A stretch of DNA of 64,000 bases from a virus, in the IMG/VR virus record IMGVR_UViG_3300045988_137032, positions 160,001-224,000 of that record, one strand, 5' to 3'. The notes under the pieces were generated by a model that was not told where the DNA came from, made no database searches, and was given only the letters and a program-made list of their open reading frames with translations. The position numbers and the translations under genes were made by a program. Below are positions 19,216 through 28,490 of this stretch, piece after piece (positions within the stretch are counted from its first letter, which is position 1; each line of letters opens with the position of its first letter).

Positions 19216-20523
19216 ATGATTAAGCGTAATAATGAAATCGTTGCAACTGCTGATCAGAATATTACGATTACGCAGGCTGAATACAATAAACTCACTAACA
19301 CAGAGAAGAATAATCCTCTGAAGACTTACTTCATCTCCGATGGAGCTGTTGCTGCAGACGCGGCTTCTTCTACTTATTCTATGATGGCGGGTCGTCGGGC
19401 TATGGCTACGTACGCGAGTCTTTCGTCTGCTGAGAGCGATGATGTAGATCCAATCGATGATGCTGCTGGCGTTACTGGTGCTGAGAGTATTGAGTATACT
19501 GATACTGAGATTCTCGCACTGCGTCTGCAGGAACTGCTTGGTTATGCTCCAACTCTGGATGAGTATAGCGATACTGGCGATGGCACCATCATGGGCGCTA
19601 TTGTTGATCTGTATACACGTCTTGGTGTTAAGCCTACCAATCCGGATGTTGATCCTGCTGAGTACGAGGGCGTTACCATCTTCGATTATGTCAATCTGGT
19701 TGGCGATCCTACTATCCTTGCGAAATATGATATGCCGAACGTGACTGCTGCTCTGGCTGACATGTATACTCGTATGCAGGCCGCTGAGGAAGCAGCTAAG
19801 AAGAAGGAAGAGGAAGCCGCTGCTGCTGCGCAGAAGGCTAAGGAAGCTGAGGAAGCCGCAAAGGCTGCTGAAGCTGCTGCTAAGGAGAGAGAAGCTGAGG
19901 CTGAAGCTGCAAAGCAGAAAGCTATCGATGCTGAGAATAATGCTGCTGAGGCAACGAAGGCCGCTGCAGAAGCATCCATTAAGCAGATTGAGTATGTCAA
20001 TGCTGCTAAGGAAGCTGCTAAGAAGGCCCAGGCTGCCGCACAGAAGGCTGCTGATGATGCAACTGTTGCTGCTCAGAAGGCCGCCGAAGATGCCGCTGCT
20101 GAGCAGGAGGCTAAGCACATTGCTGCAGCTAAGGAAGCTGCAAGCCGTGCAGAATATGCTGCAACTAGCGCTGCTGCATCTGCTGAGTCTGCATCCAAGA
20201 TCGTTGATAAGCTGAAGGCTGACAACAACGTGACTGATGAGACTCCGAAGAAGGATGAGAATACCGATACAAAGACTCCTTCCGATACTGAGTCTACTGG
20301 TAATGAGCCCAGCAAAACCGAATCTGGTGAGAAGGGCAATACTACCGAGACAACTACTGAGGAAACAACCACTCCCAGCGAGTCTACCGAAACTGTGACT
20401 CCTTCTGAGTCAACTGGTAAGGAACCCTCTGGTGAAGTGACTGATACAACTTCCTCTGAGATCACTGGTGAGACTACTCCCGCTAAGGAAGATACCACCA
20501 GCCAGGATTCTTCTGCGGAATAA
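19216..20523 (+). CDS. low-complexity protein (Ala/Glu/Lys helix plus Thr/Glu/Ser tail)
   Basis: GAGGAGGTGA RBS. Has a central A/E/K-rich stretch of roughly 150 aa and a C-terminal T/E/S/P-rich tail. Confidence 0.6.
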   Translation: MIKRNNEIVATADQNITITQAEYNKLTNTEKNNPLKTYFISDGAVAADAASSTYSMMAGRRAMATYASLSSAESDDVDPIDDAAGVTGAESIEYTDTEILALRLQELLGYAPTLDEYSDTGDGTIMGAIVDLYTRLGVKPTNPDVDPAEYEGVTIFDYVNLVGDPTILAKYDMPNVTAALADMYTRMQAAEEAAKKKEEEAAAAAQKAKEAEEAAKAAEAAAKEREAEAEAAKQKAIDAENNAAEATKAAAEASIKQIEYVNAAKEAAKKAQAAAQKAADDATVAAQKAAEDAAAEQEAKHIAAAKEAASRAEYAATSAAASAESASKIVDKLKADNNVTDETPKKDENTDTKTPSDTESTGNEPSKTESGEKGNTTETTTEETTTPSESTETVTPSESTGKEPSGEVTDTTSSEITGETTPAKEDTTSQDSSAE

Positions 20524-20563
20524 TCCTATAAATACAGCTGTATTTATACGATAAAAGTATAAT

Positions 20564-20607
20564 AAATCCCTATGGATTCTTTTTATAAGATATCCATAGG
20601 GATTTTT
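20564..20607 (+). terminator. terminator
   Basis: Stem AAATCCCTATGGAT / ATCCATAGGGATTT followed by TT. Confidence 0.65.
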
Positions 20608-20839
20608 GAGTCTAAGAAAGAATAATCCAGACTACTGTAGTTTAATTGCGGTGTAAACTACAATAGCCTGGATTATTATACTTACTGGACTGTGACGTTG
20701 AAACGAAAAAAGCAGATATTGTTTGATGAAAAAGGAATCAAAGAACGGCAGGTAATAATGTGCGGTCATTATCACCCTACAAATTTGTTCACTTATATAT
20801 TCTAAATATATAATAAAAATACTTTGGAGGTATAGTATC

Positions 20840-21358
20840 ATGCAACAGATCATTCAAACCATTAAGAACGGAATCACAAAGATGAAACTTAACTACTCGA
20901 AAAAGAGCGATGGACTTTATCTTTTCTTTGAAAAAGACAATTCCGTTGAAATCAACGAAGTATGGATTACTAGCGCAATTATGCAATGCCCTGTATTGAA
21001 GAAAAAGAATGCTAAGGGAGAATACATCCCTGTGAAAATGCAGTACGTGGAAGAGCACGAAACTATTAAATTTAAATTTAAGCCGGATGCAGATTACGTC
21101 ATCTACATCCCGAAAGCAAATCGTATTACGAAGATCACTCTGGATTATACCACAGTAACGAATCCTCTGAGTGATTTTGCTCGTATTACGTCATTGACGT
21201 ATTTGTCTATCGTTGGTACGAAGATCCATGGAAATGTGAATGATCTTAAAAAGCTTCCTTTCCTTGGACAGCTCTATCTCAGCGACACTTACATTAAGGG
21301 AATTACAAATACCATTTTTAATAACTGGAATCGTCTTATCGTTCATAATGTATATTAA
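20840..21358 (+). CDS. hypothetical protein, leucine-rich-repeat-like C-terminus
   Basis: GGAGGT RBS. ITSLTYLSIVGTKIHGNVNDLKKLPFLGQLYLSDTYIKG has LRR-like periodicity. Confidence 0.5.
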   Translation: MQQIIQTIKNGITKMKLNYSKKSDGLYLFFEKDNSVEINEVWITSAIMQCPVLKKKNAKGEYIPVKMQYVEEHETIKFKFKPDADYVIYIPKANRITKITLDYTTVTNPLSDFARITSLTYLSIVGTKIHGNVNDLKKLPFLGQLYLSDTYIKGITNTIFNNWNRLIVHNVY

Positions 21359-21377
21359 TGAGAGGGGATAGATTTCA

Positions 21378-22160
21378 GTGAACCCAAAGTTGATTAAGAG
21401 TGAAAGAGATTTCGTCAAATACGCTATTGAGCATCGTACTATTGTGAATGAAGAGAATATGTATCCTTACATTGTATTCCAATATAAAGCACCTGGCAGA
21501 TACACATATCCCGCTCACGATCTCGAAATCTTTATGAGGCATAGTATTCTTAGAGATAGAAGACTTCATTGCCCATCTCTTCGGATTGTACATAGCCCAA
21601 ACTGTGATCTTATGACAGACAACGGGCATCGTGATTGTGGATTGAGAAGATGCACAAGAAAGTTACTTCATCCGAATCGTGTTACTGAATTCAAGATTCA
21701 TATGAAAACTGATGGAGTTGCTTATCTTGGATTCTTTGGTGAAGGAGTTAATTATATTGACTATATCTCAATGGTAAGTCATATGACAATTAAATCCGAG
21801 CATATTGGAAAATGTAAGGAATTGGAAAATCTCGTAGTAAGTCCTTCATCATCCATTGCAAAATTTGATATGCAAGATATTCCAAAAAATATTAAATTTC
21901 TTAAGATTGATGGAGATATGTATTCAGCAGTAAATGGAAACATTGAAACGCTGATTACTCGGAAGCATCTGTACTCTTTGTATCTCGTTGGATATGGATA
22001 CACCGGGGATGTAAAGAAGCTAATTTCCATGAGTAATATTAAGAACGCAAGCATCATGGCTCCGAACGCAACCGGATTTAATGAGATTAAGAAAAGTGAT
22101 TTTCCGACAGCACTCCAATTCGATTCTGGAGATTGTTGGGTAAATATCATGAAACGGTAA
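21378..22160 (+). CDS. hypothetical protein, LRR-like (possible paralogue of 20840-21358)
   Basis: GTG start after GAGAGGGGA. IKFLKIDGDMY..NGNIETL..LYSLYLVGYGYTGDVKKL. Bidirectional terminator follows. Confidence 0.5.
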   Translation: MNPKLIKSERDFVKYAIEHRTIVNEENMYPYIVFQYKAPGRYTYPAHDLEIFMRHSILRDRRLHCPSLRIVHSPNCDLMTDNGHRDCGLRRCTRKLLHPNRVTEFKIHMKTDGVAYLGFFGEGVNYIDYISMVSHMTIKSEHIGKCKELENLVVSPSSSIAKFDMQDIPKNIKFLKIDGDMYSAVNGNIETLITRKHLYSLYLVGYGYTGDVKKLISMSNIKNASIMAPNATGFNEIKKSDFPTALQFDSGDCWVNIMKR

Positions 22161-22207
22161 ATAAAGACAGTGGAAGTCAATTACGATTTCCACTGTCTTT
22201 ATTTTTT
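22161..22207. terminator. bidirectional terminator
   Basis: Stem AAAGACAGTGGAA / TTCCACTGTCTTT followed by ATTTTTT. Confidence 0.8.
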
Positions 22208-22850
22208 ACTTAATCTTTGCGATAGCCTTCCATGTAATGGGGCCACAGATGCCATCAGCAGTCAAGCCGTTTGCCTGCTGTACTTTCTTCACAGCAGCAA
22301 TAGTGCCGGGGCCATACTTACCATCTTCAGCAATGCCAAGGCAAGACTGAAGCATCATGATTGCAGTCTTATTGGTTTCACCCTGAGAGGTCGGGCCAAC
22401 GGTAGGCATGAAACTGTTGATGTAGTTGTAAGTAGCACCCCTACGGCAAAGCCACTTACACGGAGAAGGACGTGTATCGACATGCACAACCTGCTCAGAA
22501 GGCTTACGATGATACATACCAATACCACGGAAACCAACTTCCTTAGCAAGCATACCGAGCTGAACGCAAGTAATACCCTGTACCCAGATATCAGCAGCCT
22601 TACCACGTGTATGCATACCGTGACCAGAACCACCTACAGCCTTATCATGTGCAGGAGAACGGTAGCCAGAATTGATGTTAATAGCCCTACCACCAAGACG
22701 AGCACGTAGAGTTTCAAGTCTCTGTACAAGCTCATCATCAACGAGAACGGTCTTACTAACACCATTGTCCTTACATGCAAATTCATGAAGCATGAAGTTT
22801 GCAGAAAGATTTACATCAGGCGTACGAGGATACGTCTTAACATTACCCAT
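22206..22850 (-). CDS. endolysin: M15-family peptidase with C-terminal peptidoglycan-binding domain
   Basis: GAAAGGAG RBS. SGYRSPAHDKAVGGSGHGMHTRGKAADI and HVDTR are zinc-peptidase M15-type motifs. The C-terminus LGIAEDGKYGPGTIAAVKKVQQANGLTADGICGPITW is PG_binding_1-like. Confidence 0.85.
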   Translation of the reverse strand: MGNVKTYPRTPDVNLSANFMLHEFACKDNGVSKTVLVDDELVQRLETLRARLGGRAININSGYRSPAHDKAVGGSGHGMHTRGKAADIWVQGITCVQLGMLAKEVGFRGIGMYHRKPSEQVVHVDTRPSPCKWLCRRGATYNYINSFMPTVGPTSQGETNKTAIMMLQSCLGIAEDGKYGPGTIAAVKKVQQANGLTADGICGPITWKAIAKIK

Positions 22851-22997
22851 ATTGTATTACTCCTTTCATACATTGGATTTATGTATCTGTTACGGGGTCA
22901 TATGGTCTCCCAACACATCTATAATACTCTGCACTTTATAGCTGCCCAACTATAAAGTGTAGTCTATTGAATCTTTTGTAAGCGAGGTATCGGAACA

Positions 22998-23447
22998 ATG
23001 GGCTTATTCGACATGGATTCCAATGAATTAGCCAGAGCGATAGGTCAAGCATTGATCTACTTAATTGCTAGTGGCACTCTCATTGAAATCTCACCTATTA
23101 AGTTCAACCCAATTACAATGGTTCTCAAATGGATGGGCGATAAAATGAATTCTGGGATCAAAGCTGAGCTTGATGCTTTGAAGAAAGCTCAGGAAGAGCA
23201 ACGTAAAGATTTTCGAGACTATAAAGTCGCCCAATATCGATACGAAATCTTCCAGTTTGAGAACGAGATTCGAGACAACAATGATCACCATACTGAAGAG
23301 CAGTATAATCATATTCTCGAACAATGCAAAAGCTACGAAGACTATTGCAAAGAATACAATATACCGAATGGTAAAGCAGAGATGGCCATCAAGCACATAC
23401 GTGATGTGTGTTATGACCATCTCAGAGACGATTCTTTTCAAAAATGA
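22998..23447 (+). CDS. membrane-anchored hypothetical protein (weak holin candidate)
   Basis: One hydrophobic segment (AIGQALIYLIASGTLIEI) followed by a charged helical region. Divergent from the endolysin. No family recognised. Confidence 0.45.
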   Translation: MGLFDMDSNELARAIGQALIYLIASGTLIEISPIKFNPITMVLKWMGDKMNSGIKAELDALKKAQEEQRKDFRDYKVAQYRYEIFQFENEIRDNNDHHTEEQYNHILEQCKSYEDYCKEYNIPNGKAEMAIKHIRDVCYDHLRDDSFQK

Positions 23448-23524
23448 TTATGTAGCTATGACCAAGAGTGAAATATATCCTTATATGAAGAATAAATGTG
23501 GGCCTTGTCTTGCAAAGATTTGGC

Positions 23525-23574
23525 GAAGAACACCACTTAGTAATCGGGTTGATACTAAGTGGTGTTCTTCTATT
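23525..23574 (+). terminator. terminator
   Basis: 17-bp stem GAAGAACACCACTTAGT / ACTAAGTGGTGTTCTTC. Confidence 0.65.
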
Positions 23575-23620
23575 GTTACCGAAACAAACGATTAGTAATC
23601 CTATAAGGAGGTCTATCTAA

Positions 23621-25114
23621 ATGAGTAATTTCAATAATCAAAAATCAATTCGTGTGTATCATACACACATTGAAGTTTCTCCTTATAAGAAAGGAGAAAT
23701 CTTTAGTATCGAAAAGAATTTCAGTGTCTGGAATAAAGTCGCTCATCGATATGATTCCGGAGTTTATCTGATCATGGACGATACTTTGTATTTACCCAGA
23801 GGAATGAATATCATGACTCTGGAGACTATCTTCAACACAAAGGCTACCATGGTTTATGACCACGATCCTTTTACGAGATTTAATCCTGTAGAAATGACCG
23901 TAGAACCAAGAGATGATTTGCAGAAAGATTGCATTGACTTTCTTGCTGCAAGAAATAAATATACATCAGTTGGTGGATATAGTCAGCAAGCACTTATCTT
24001 ACAGACAGGGTTTGGTAAAACCTACTGCATGGTAAATGCAATTGTGTCAATGAGAGTAAGAGCTCTTATTGTCACAACTCAGGATAAGATTAAGAATCAA
24101 TGGATTAAAACCTTTAAGGAAAAAACAACCATTCCTGAAGAAAATCTCATTGATATCAAAGGTTCCTCTATGATGGATGATATCATAGAAGGAAAACATG
24201 ATAATGGATATGTGTACTTCATCAATCATCAAACTCTTTTGTCCTTTATGAAGAATTACGGCCCTGAAGAATTCCATGAATTCTTCAATGCTCTTCGTAT
24301 CGGCATTAAAGTATACGATGAAGCGCATCTGTGTTTCCGCAATGCATTACTTACTGATTATTTCAGTGACACTGTGCGCACTTATTATCTTACTGCAAAC
24401 TTCACACGTAGTAATGATAAAGAAGCTTATCTCTATAATAAGTGCTTTGCATCTGTCTATAAGTATCATGTGAAAAGTGAACTTGCTGAGACATCCAGTG
24501 CTGCTAGTAGAAAGCATATCCTTTATTATCCTACTACATATCGTTCTAATCCTCCTGCTGTATGGCAGAAGAAATGTGATACGTATAAAGGGTTCAGCTC
24601 TACAATCTTTGCTGCATGGGCATTTGAATATGACCCAAATAAGACTTTGCTTCATGCTATCATGAATCGCTTTGAAGAAGCCAAGAAGCATAAAGGAAAG
24701 ATTCTTATTACAGTACCGAAGATCGATGATATCGAATTGATTCGTAAGGAATTGAAATCTGATCCTAAGATTCTGGATGGCAGAACTGTTGCTACGATTC
24801 ATTCCAGAAACAAAAAAGATGAGAATGAGCGTGCTAAAAAGGAAGCAGATGTCATCATTTCTACGATCCGAAGCTGTGGTACTGGTGTGGACATCAATGG
24901 TTTAAGAACCATTATCAATGCTGAGCCATTTTCATCACAGATTACTGCAAACCAGTTATCTGGTAGATTGCGTGAATTTAGTCCTACTGACGATACGTAT
25001 TTCTACGATTTGATTGATATTGGCTTTGATCCATGCAAAACACAATTAACTCGTAAGCTTACGATTCTTCGTGCTAAATGCAAAGCAGTTTATCCTGAGA
25101 ATTTCGTACTTTAA
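23621..25114 (+). CDS. superfamily-2 (DEAH-type) helicase
   Basis: AAGGAGGT RBS. Motif I QTGFGKTY, motif II VYDEAHL, motif III-like TANFTRS, C-terminal RecA-like lobe STIRSCGTGVDINGL. Confidence 0.8.
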   Translation: MSNFNNQKSIRVYHTHIEVSPYKKGEIFSIEKNFSVWNKVAHRYDSGVYLIMDDTLYLPRGMNIMTLETIFNTKATMVYDHDPFTRFNPVEMTVEPRDDLQKDCIDFLAARNKYTSVGGYSQQALILQTGFGKTYCMVNAIVSMRVRALIVTTQDKIKNQWIKTFKEKTTIPEENLIDIKGSSMMDDIIEGKHDNGYVYFINHQTLLSFMKNYGPEEFHEFFNALRIGIKVYDEAHLCFRNALLTDYFSDTVRTYYLTANFTRSNDKEAYLYNKCFASVYKYHVKSELAETSSAASRKHILYYPTTYRSNPPAVWQKKCDTYKGFSSTIFAAWAFEYDPNKTLLHAIMNRFEEAKKHKGKILITVPKIDDIELIRKELKSDPKILDGRTVATIHSRNKKDENERAKKEADVIISTIRSCGTGVDINGLRTIINAEPFSSQITANQLSGRLREFSPTDDTYFYDLIDIGFDPCKTQLTRKLTILRAKCKAVYPENFVL

Positions 25115-25115
25115 C

Positions 25116-25163
25116 AAAAAAAAGAAGGAAGCTACATGATTATACGTAGCTTCCTTCTTTTTA
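25116..25163. terminator. bidirectional terminator
   Basis: A8 run, stem AAGAAGGAAGCTAC / GTAGCTTCCTTCTT, T run. Confidence 0.8.
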
Positions 25164-25164
25164 T

Positions 25165-25500
25165 TTATCTGATTCTCTCAGCAGCAATTGCAACTGCGAC
25201 ATCGTCCCAGTCATCGATGACTGCGTTGTAAACACAGCCAGCCTTGATTGCATCGACCATCCTCTCAGTGGTCTCAGGTTCGTTCTGAACCATCATCTCA
25301 AAGTTCTCAGCTGCATTGTAGGAATAATATCCATCGTCGTAACTCTGAACGAACTTGAAGGTGTTGACCTCAGAAGGAACGGTTGTATTGGGCTCATAAG
25401 TAGACATGGTCACTTCCATAGAGCAACCGACGTCATCGGTAGATGCGTTTGTGCTGAAGACTTCTGTAACGCCATCATGGCGAAAAGAGGCGATTTCCAT
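25165..25500 (-). CDS. hypothetical protein
   Basis: AAAGGAGAA RBS. Late-type, G/C-ending codon usage. Confidence 0.6.
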   Translation of the reverse strand: MEIASFRHDGVTEVFSTNASTDDVGCSMEVTMSTYEPNTTVPSEVNTFKFVQSYDDGYYSYNAAENFEMMVQNEPETTERMVDAIKAGCVYNAVIDDWDDVAVAIAAERIR

Positions 25501-25512
25501 AATATTTCTCCT

Positions 25513-25902
25513 TTACTTTTTGATCATCGTGATATAGGCAATCACGTTGTGGTCGGTAGGCTCTGCGAACAGAGACTCCTTATAATCGGGGATCACGAAC
25601 GAATAATCCCGCTTGAAGCAGAGGTTCGTAATGAAGCCAGCAGCATTGATCTCTCGTGCTGCAAGGAAAGTGAAGAGGGGCTTATCATCCAATGCAGAGA
25701 GTTCAACCTTCTCACCATTCGGGAACCGGACAGTGCAACGGAAGCGTCGCTCCTGCATATCGCCCAGGCCGTCCTTGTAGATCATCCTGTAGTCTGTGCT
25801 GATTAAACCTCGATAGTCGTGTTCCGCCATGTTAAGGATGAAATAGTCCTTGTTGTCAATCGTAAAGATTCGGCCAATTCCCTGACTGTAATTGAATTCC
25901 AT
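25513..25902 (-). CDS. hypothetical protein
   Basis: AAGGAGAT RBS. Late-type codon usage. Confidence 0.6.
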   Translation of the reverse strand: MEFNYSQGIGRIFTIDNKDYFILNMAEHDYRGLISTDYRMIYKDGLGDMQERRFRCTVRFPNGEKVELSALDDKPLFTFLAAREINAAGFITNLCFKRDYSFVIPDYKESLFAEPTDHNVIAYITMIKK

Positions 25903-26004
25903 TTTGATTATCTCCTTGTGTCAAATTTATATTCTCACGTTTTCATCTTCTAAGTTGCTTATTTATAGTCCCAACTTACGGACTTGATGTTTTTGATACA
26001 AGCA

Positions 26005-26382
26005 TCAAATCACATCTTTCTTACTGAATACCACAGTAGTCATAGCATCTTCGTCATGCATACGAATTGTGCAACGCTTACCAAGCGTACTATCTTCGTC
26101 GATTGCATAAAGAACGCCAACACCATCGAAAGTCTGCATGACCTTGTAGACAATGTCATCAAGATCATACTCACCAACACTAGGTCCAAATGCATAGACA
26201 GCAAGGTTGGTTTCTTTCTCAGATTCACCATGGACTTTCACGTTTGCTTCACCGTGATAGCAGATAGGATTCAGTGCTTCATCCTCAGTCAGCTTCACAG
26301 TAAGTTCATAAACGCTGGAACCATTCTGGGCAATAATTGTATTGCCTTTTTTGACTACCTTAATACCGTTATCAAACAGCAT
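26005..26382 (-). CDS. hypothetical protein
   Basis: ATG 26382 lies 8 nt after AAAGGAG. The longer track start at 26412 has no RBS. Confidence 0.6.
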   Translation of the reverse strand: MLFDNGIKVVKKGNTIIAQNGSSVYELTVKLTEDEALNPICYHGEANVKVHGESEKETNLAVYAFGPSVGEYDLDDIVYKVMQTFDGVGVLYAIDEDSTLGKRCTIRMHDEDAMTTVVFSKKDVI

Positions 26383-26447
26383 TATTTTTAACTCCTTTCT
26401 TTTTATATTCATGAATCATAAAGATATTCTCTATCATTCATCATAAG

Positions 26448-26465
26448 TATAATATATCATTATAT
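26448..26465 (+). promoter_or_regulatory. AT motif copy 3
   Basis: Divergent spacer between 26005-26382(-) and 26539-27816(+). Confidence 0.6.
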
Positions 26466-26538
26466 TTTTAAGCTGAATTATCGTGAAAGACATTAGCTTA
26501 AATCAAGTGTATCTTTATGAAATGGAGGTAATAAAATC

Positions 26539-27816
26539 GTGTTTATTTACGAATCAAACTCAAGTAATGAGTTTTATGACGATATGATTGATCCTATGTA
26601 TTTCGCAGAAAAATCGAATATCATCACATATAATATTCGTGATGCAATGTATCCGAAAGTTGAAGCTGTATTAAAAACAGATTCAGGAAAAAGGAAGTTC
26701 ACGAATATCATTGGTAGTTATGTAAGTAGGAATAATGATAAACTGATGACAGCAGGTCCTCAATATCTTATTCCATTCACATATGCTGATAAGGAAGAAT
26801 ACTTCAAGTTATTCAATATCACGGAAGAAGAAGCAACTACCATTATCATTAAGACCACGAATGATGTCAATGATAAAGGTACATGGAAGCTTTTTAAAAA
26901 GAATCCTATCTTCTTCATCTTTTATTGTGCTATTCGGTATGCTACGATTAAGAAAGATGCAAAGCTTTTGAATAGTGCACTGATCGTAATGGCTCTTTCT
27001 ATCTATCCTTCGATGTTCTCGAAGTACTTCAGAAAGAAAGATCCCTATACGGGAAAATCTATCGTATATGAGCCGAATGCTGGCGTCATGCAGTATACGA
27101 TCGATAACCTAAGCAATCGCTTTATCGTTAAGAAGTCAAACCATATCTTTGGTACTCTGACTTATTCCATTCAGTCTTCTTGGAAATTCCATGAGAAGGA
27201 TTTTGCCAATGGTAGTGACCAAGATGCAATCCGCTTTATTCAGCGTATTCGTAATGACCAGAATAGTCTTCTGAAGAAAATTACGAATGCATATCTTACC
27301 AATCAGAGAAAAGGCCTTACTGTCGTTACTCAGGTCGATGCATATGATGATAACATCAATGTGGAAAACATCAATAATACGAATAAGGTTGAAACGCTTA
27401 GCAATAAAATCGTTCTTGCCATGTTGACAAATGGTGTCGATATTCGTATTTGTGATGCTGCGTCTCAGGTAACTCAGATTTCAAAGCTGGATCTTAGAAA
27501 TTACATCACTCTCATTGTGAATGAAAAAGAAAGTGATGCAATGAAATCTGTCATTGAAAGTATTCTCTTCATGTATCTCTATACTGAGAACCATGAACCT
27601 GATCAGATTCGTTCTAAGGAGTTTATTGGATACGCACTCGCAGTATTCAAGAAGACAAACTCTAAAGATCCTAATGTCACAAACATCAAGAAAAATCTTG
27701 ATCGATGGGCAACTAACACCGGTATTTACAGGAAGTTTAGTAGAGCTGCAACTCGTGTTGATTACACAAAGGCAATCTTCTTATACTTCATCATTTCCAT
27801 CCAGCAATATTGCTAA
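26539..27816 (+). CDS. hypothetical protein (helical, 425 aa)
   Basis: GTG start after GGAGGTAA. Terminator at 27820-27861. No motif recognised. Confidence 0.65.
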   Translation: MFIYESNSSNEFYDDMIDPMYFAEKSNIITYNIRDAMYPKVEAVLKTDSGKRKFTNIIGSYVSRNNDKLMTAGPQYLIPFTYADKEEYFKLFNITEEEATTIIIKTTNDVNDKGTWKLFKKNPIFFIFYCAIRYATIKKDAKLLNSALIVMALSIYPSMFSKYFRKKDPYTGKSIVYEPNAGVMQYTIDNLSNRFIVKKSNHIFGTLTYSIQSSWKFHEKDFANGSDQDAIRFIQRIRNDQNSLLKKITNAYLTNQRKGLTVVTQVDAYDDNINVENINNTNKVETLSNKIVLAMLTNGVDIRICDAASQVTQISKLDLRNYITLIVNEKESDAMKSVIESILFMYLYTENHEPDQIRSKEFIGYALAVFKKTNSKDPNVTNIKKNLDRWATNTGIYRKFSRAATRVDYTKAIFLYFIISIQQYC

Positions 27817-27819
27817 TAC

Positions 27820-27861
27820 AAAAAAGAAGGAATCCGCAAATGAAACGGATTCCTTCTTTTA
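27820..27861. terminator. bidirectional terminator
   Basis: A run, stem AAGAAGGAATCCG / CGGATTCCTTCTT, T run. Confidence 0.8.
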
Positions 27862-27862
27862 T

Positions 27863-28414
27863 TCAAACACACTTCAGACGATTGAAGTCAATGGAATATT
27901 GGATAAACATGGAACTATTATGGCACCCATAAGGAACAAGAAGATTTTCACCCATAGCAAAATCAAAGAAGTAAAGAAATTCGTACTTATCCTTCATATC
28001 AGATGCGAGAATAGCAGTCCTAAAATCCTTGTATGTACCCTGACACACTTCCCTAGCATGAGGAAAGGTATTAACATCATCAGTATCAAAGAAGATACCG
28101 AAAATGAGTTTGATATCATTTCGAATCTCGAGATTCGTGTCTGTAACTTTCAAGCAAACATCAACGCTGCTACTTTTATAATTTTCACATGGACAAACAC
28201 ATGATTCTCCTGTATAGGCTTCCATAGTCTCAGTTGGCTCGCCATTCTTATTTACCATATACTGAATGATAGCCTCAAGATCACCATCGGAATCATCATA
28301 ATTCATTTCGCTGAAGAAACCACTATCTTTGCCATACTTATGCTGAATCTTAGCCACATATTCAGCATACTTCTCTTCTTCCTGCTTGAGATATTCTGGG
28401 GTTTCATTAAACAT
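27863..28414 (-). CDS. hypothetical protein
   Basis: ATG 28414 follows GAAAGGA. Shares the bidirectional terminator at 27820-27861. Confidence 0.6.
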   Translation of the reverse strand: MFNETPEYLKQEEEKYAEYVAKIQHKYGKDSGFFSEMNYDDSDGDLEAIIQYMVNKNGEPTETMEAYTGESCVCPCENYKSSSVDVCLKVTDTNLEIRNDIKLIFGIFFDTDDVNTFPHAREVCQGTYKDFRTAILASDMKDKYEFLYFFDFAMGENLLVPYGCHNSSMFIQYSIDFNRLKCV

Positions 28415-28435
28415 ATCGCCACATCCTTTCAAAGA

Positions 28436-28485
28436 AAATGAGATTACGAGTTACCTATAAAATAAAGTAACTCGTAATCTCATTT
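28436..28485 (-). terminator. terminator after the repeat protein gene
   Basis: 19-bp stem AAATGAGATTACGAGTTAC / GTAACTCGTAATCTCATTT. Confidence 0.7.
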
Positions 28486-28490
28486 ATTAA

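Noticed and set aside
18805-20118. 437-aa minus-strand ORF rich in Ser/Leu/Cys
   Set aside because: It is a codon-aligned mirror of 18496-19197 and 19216-20523, which have RBSs and biased codon usage. The cause is the same as for 8289-11078.
23257-23595. 112-aa plus-strand ORF overlapping 22998-23447
   Set aside because: It is in an alternative frame of a better-supported gene. Its tail contains the terminator hairpin, and it has no RBS.
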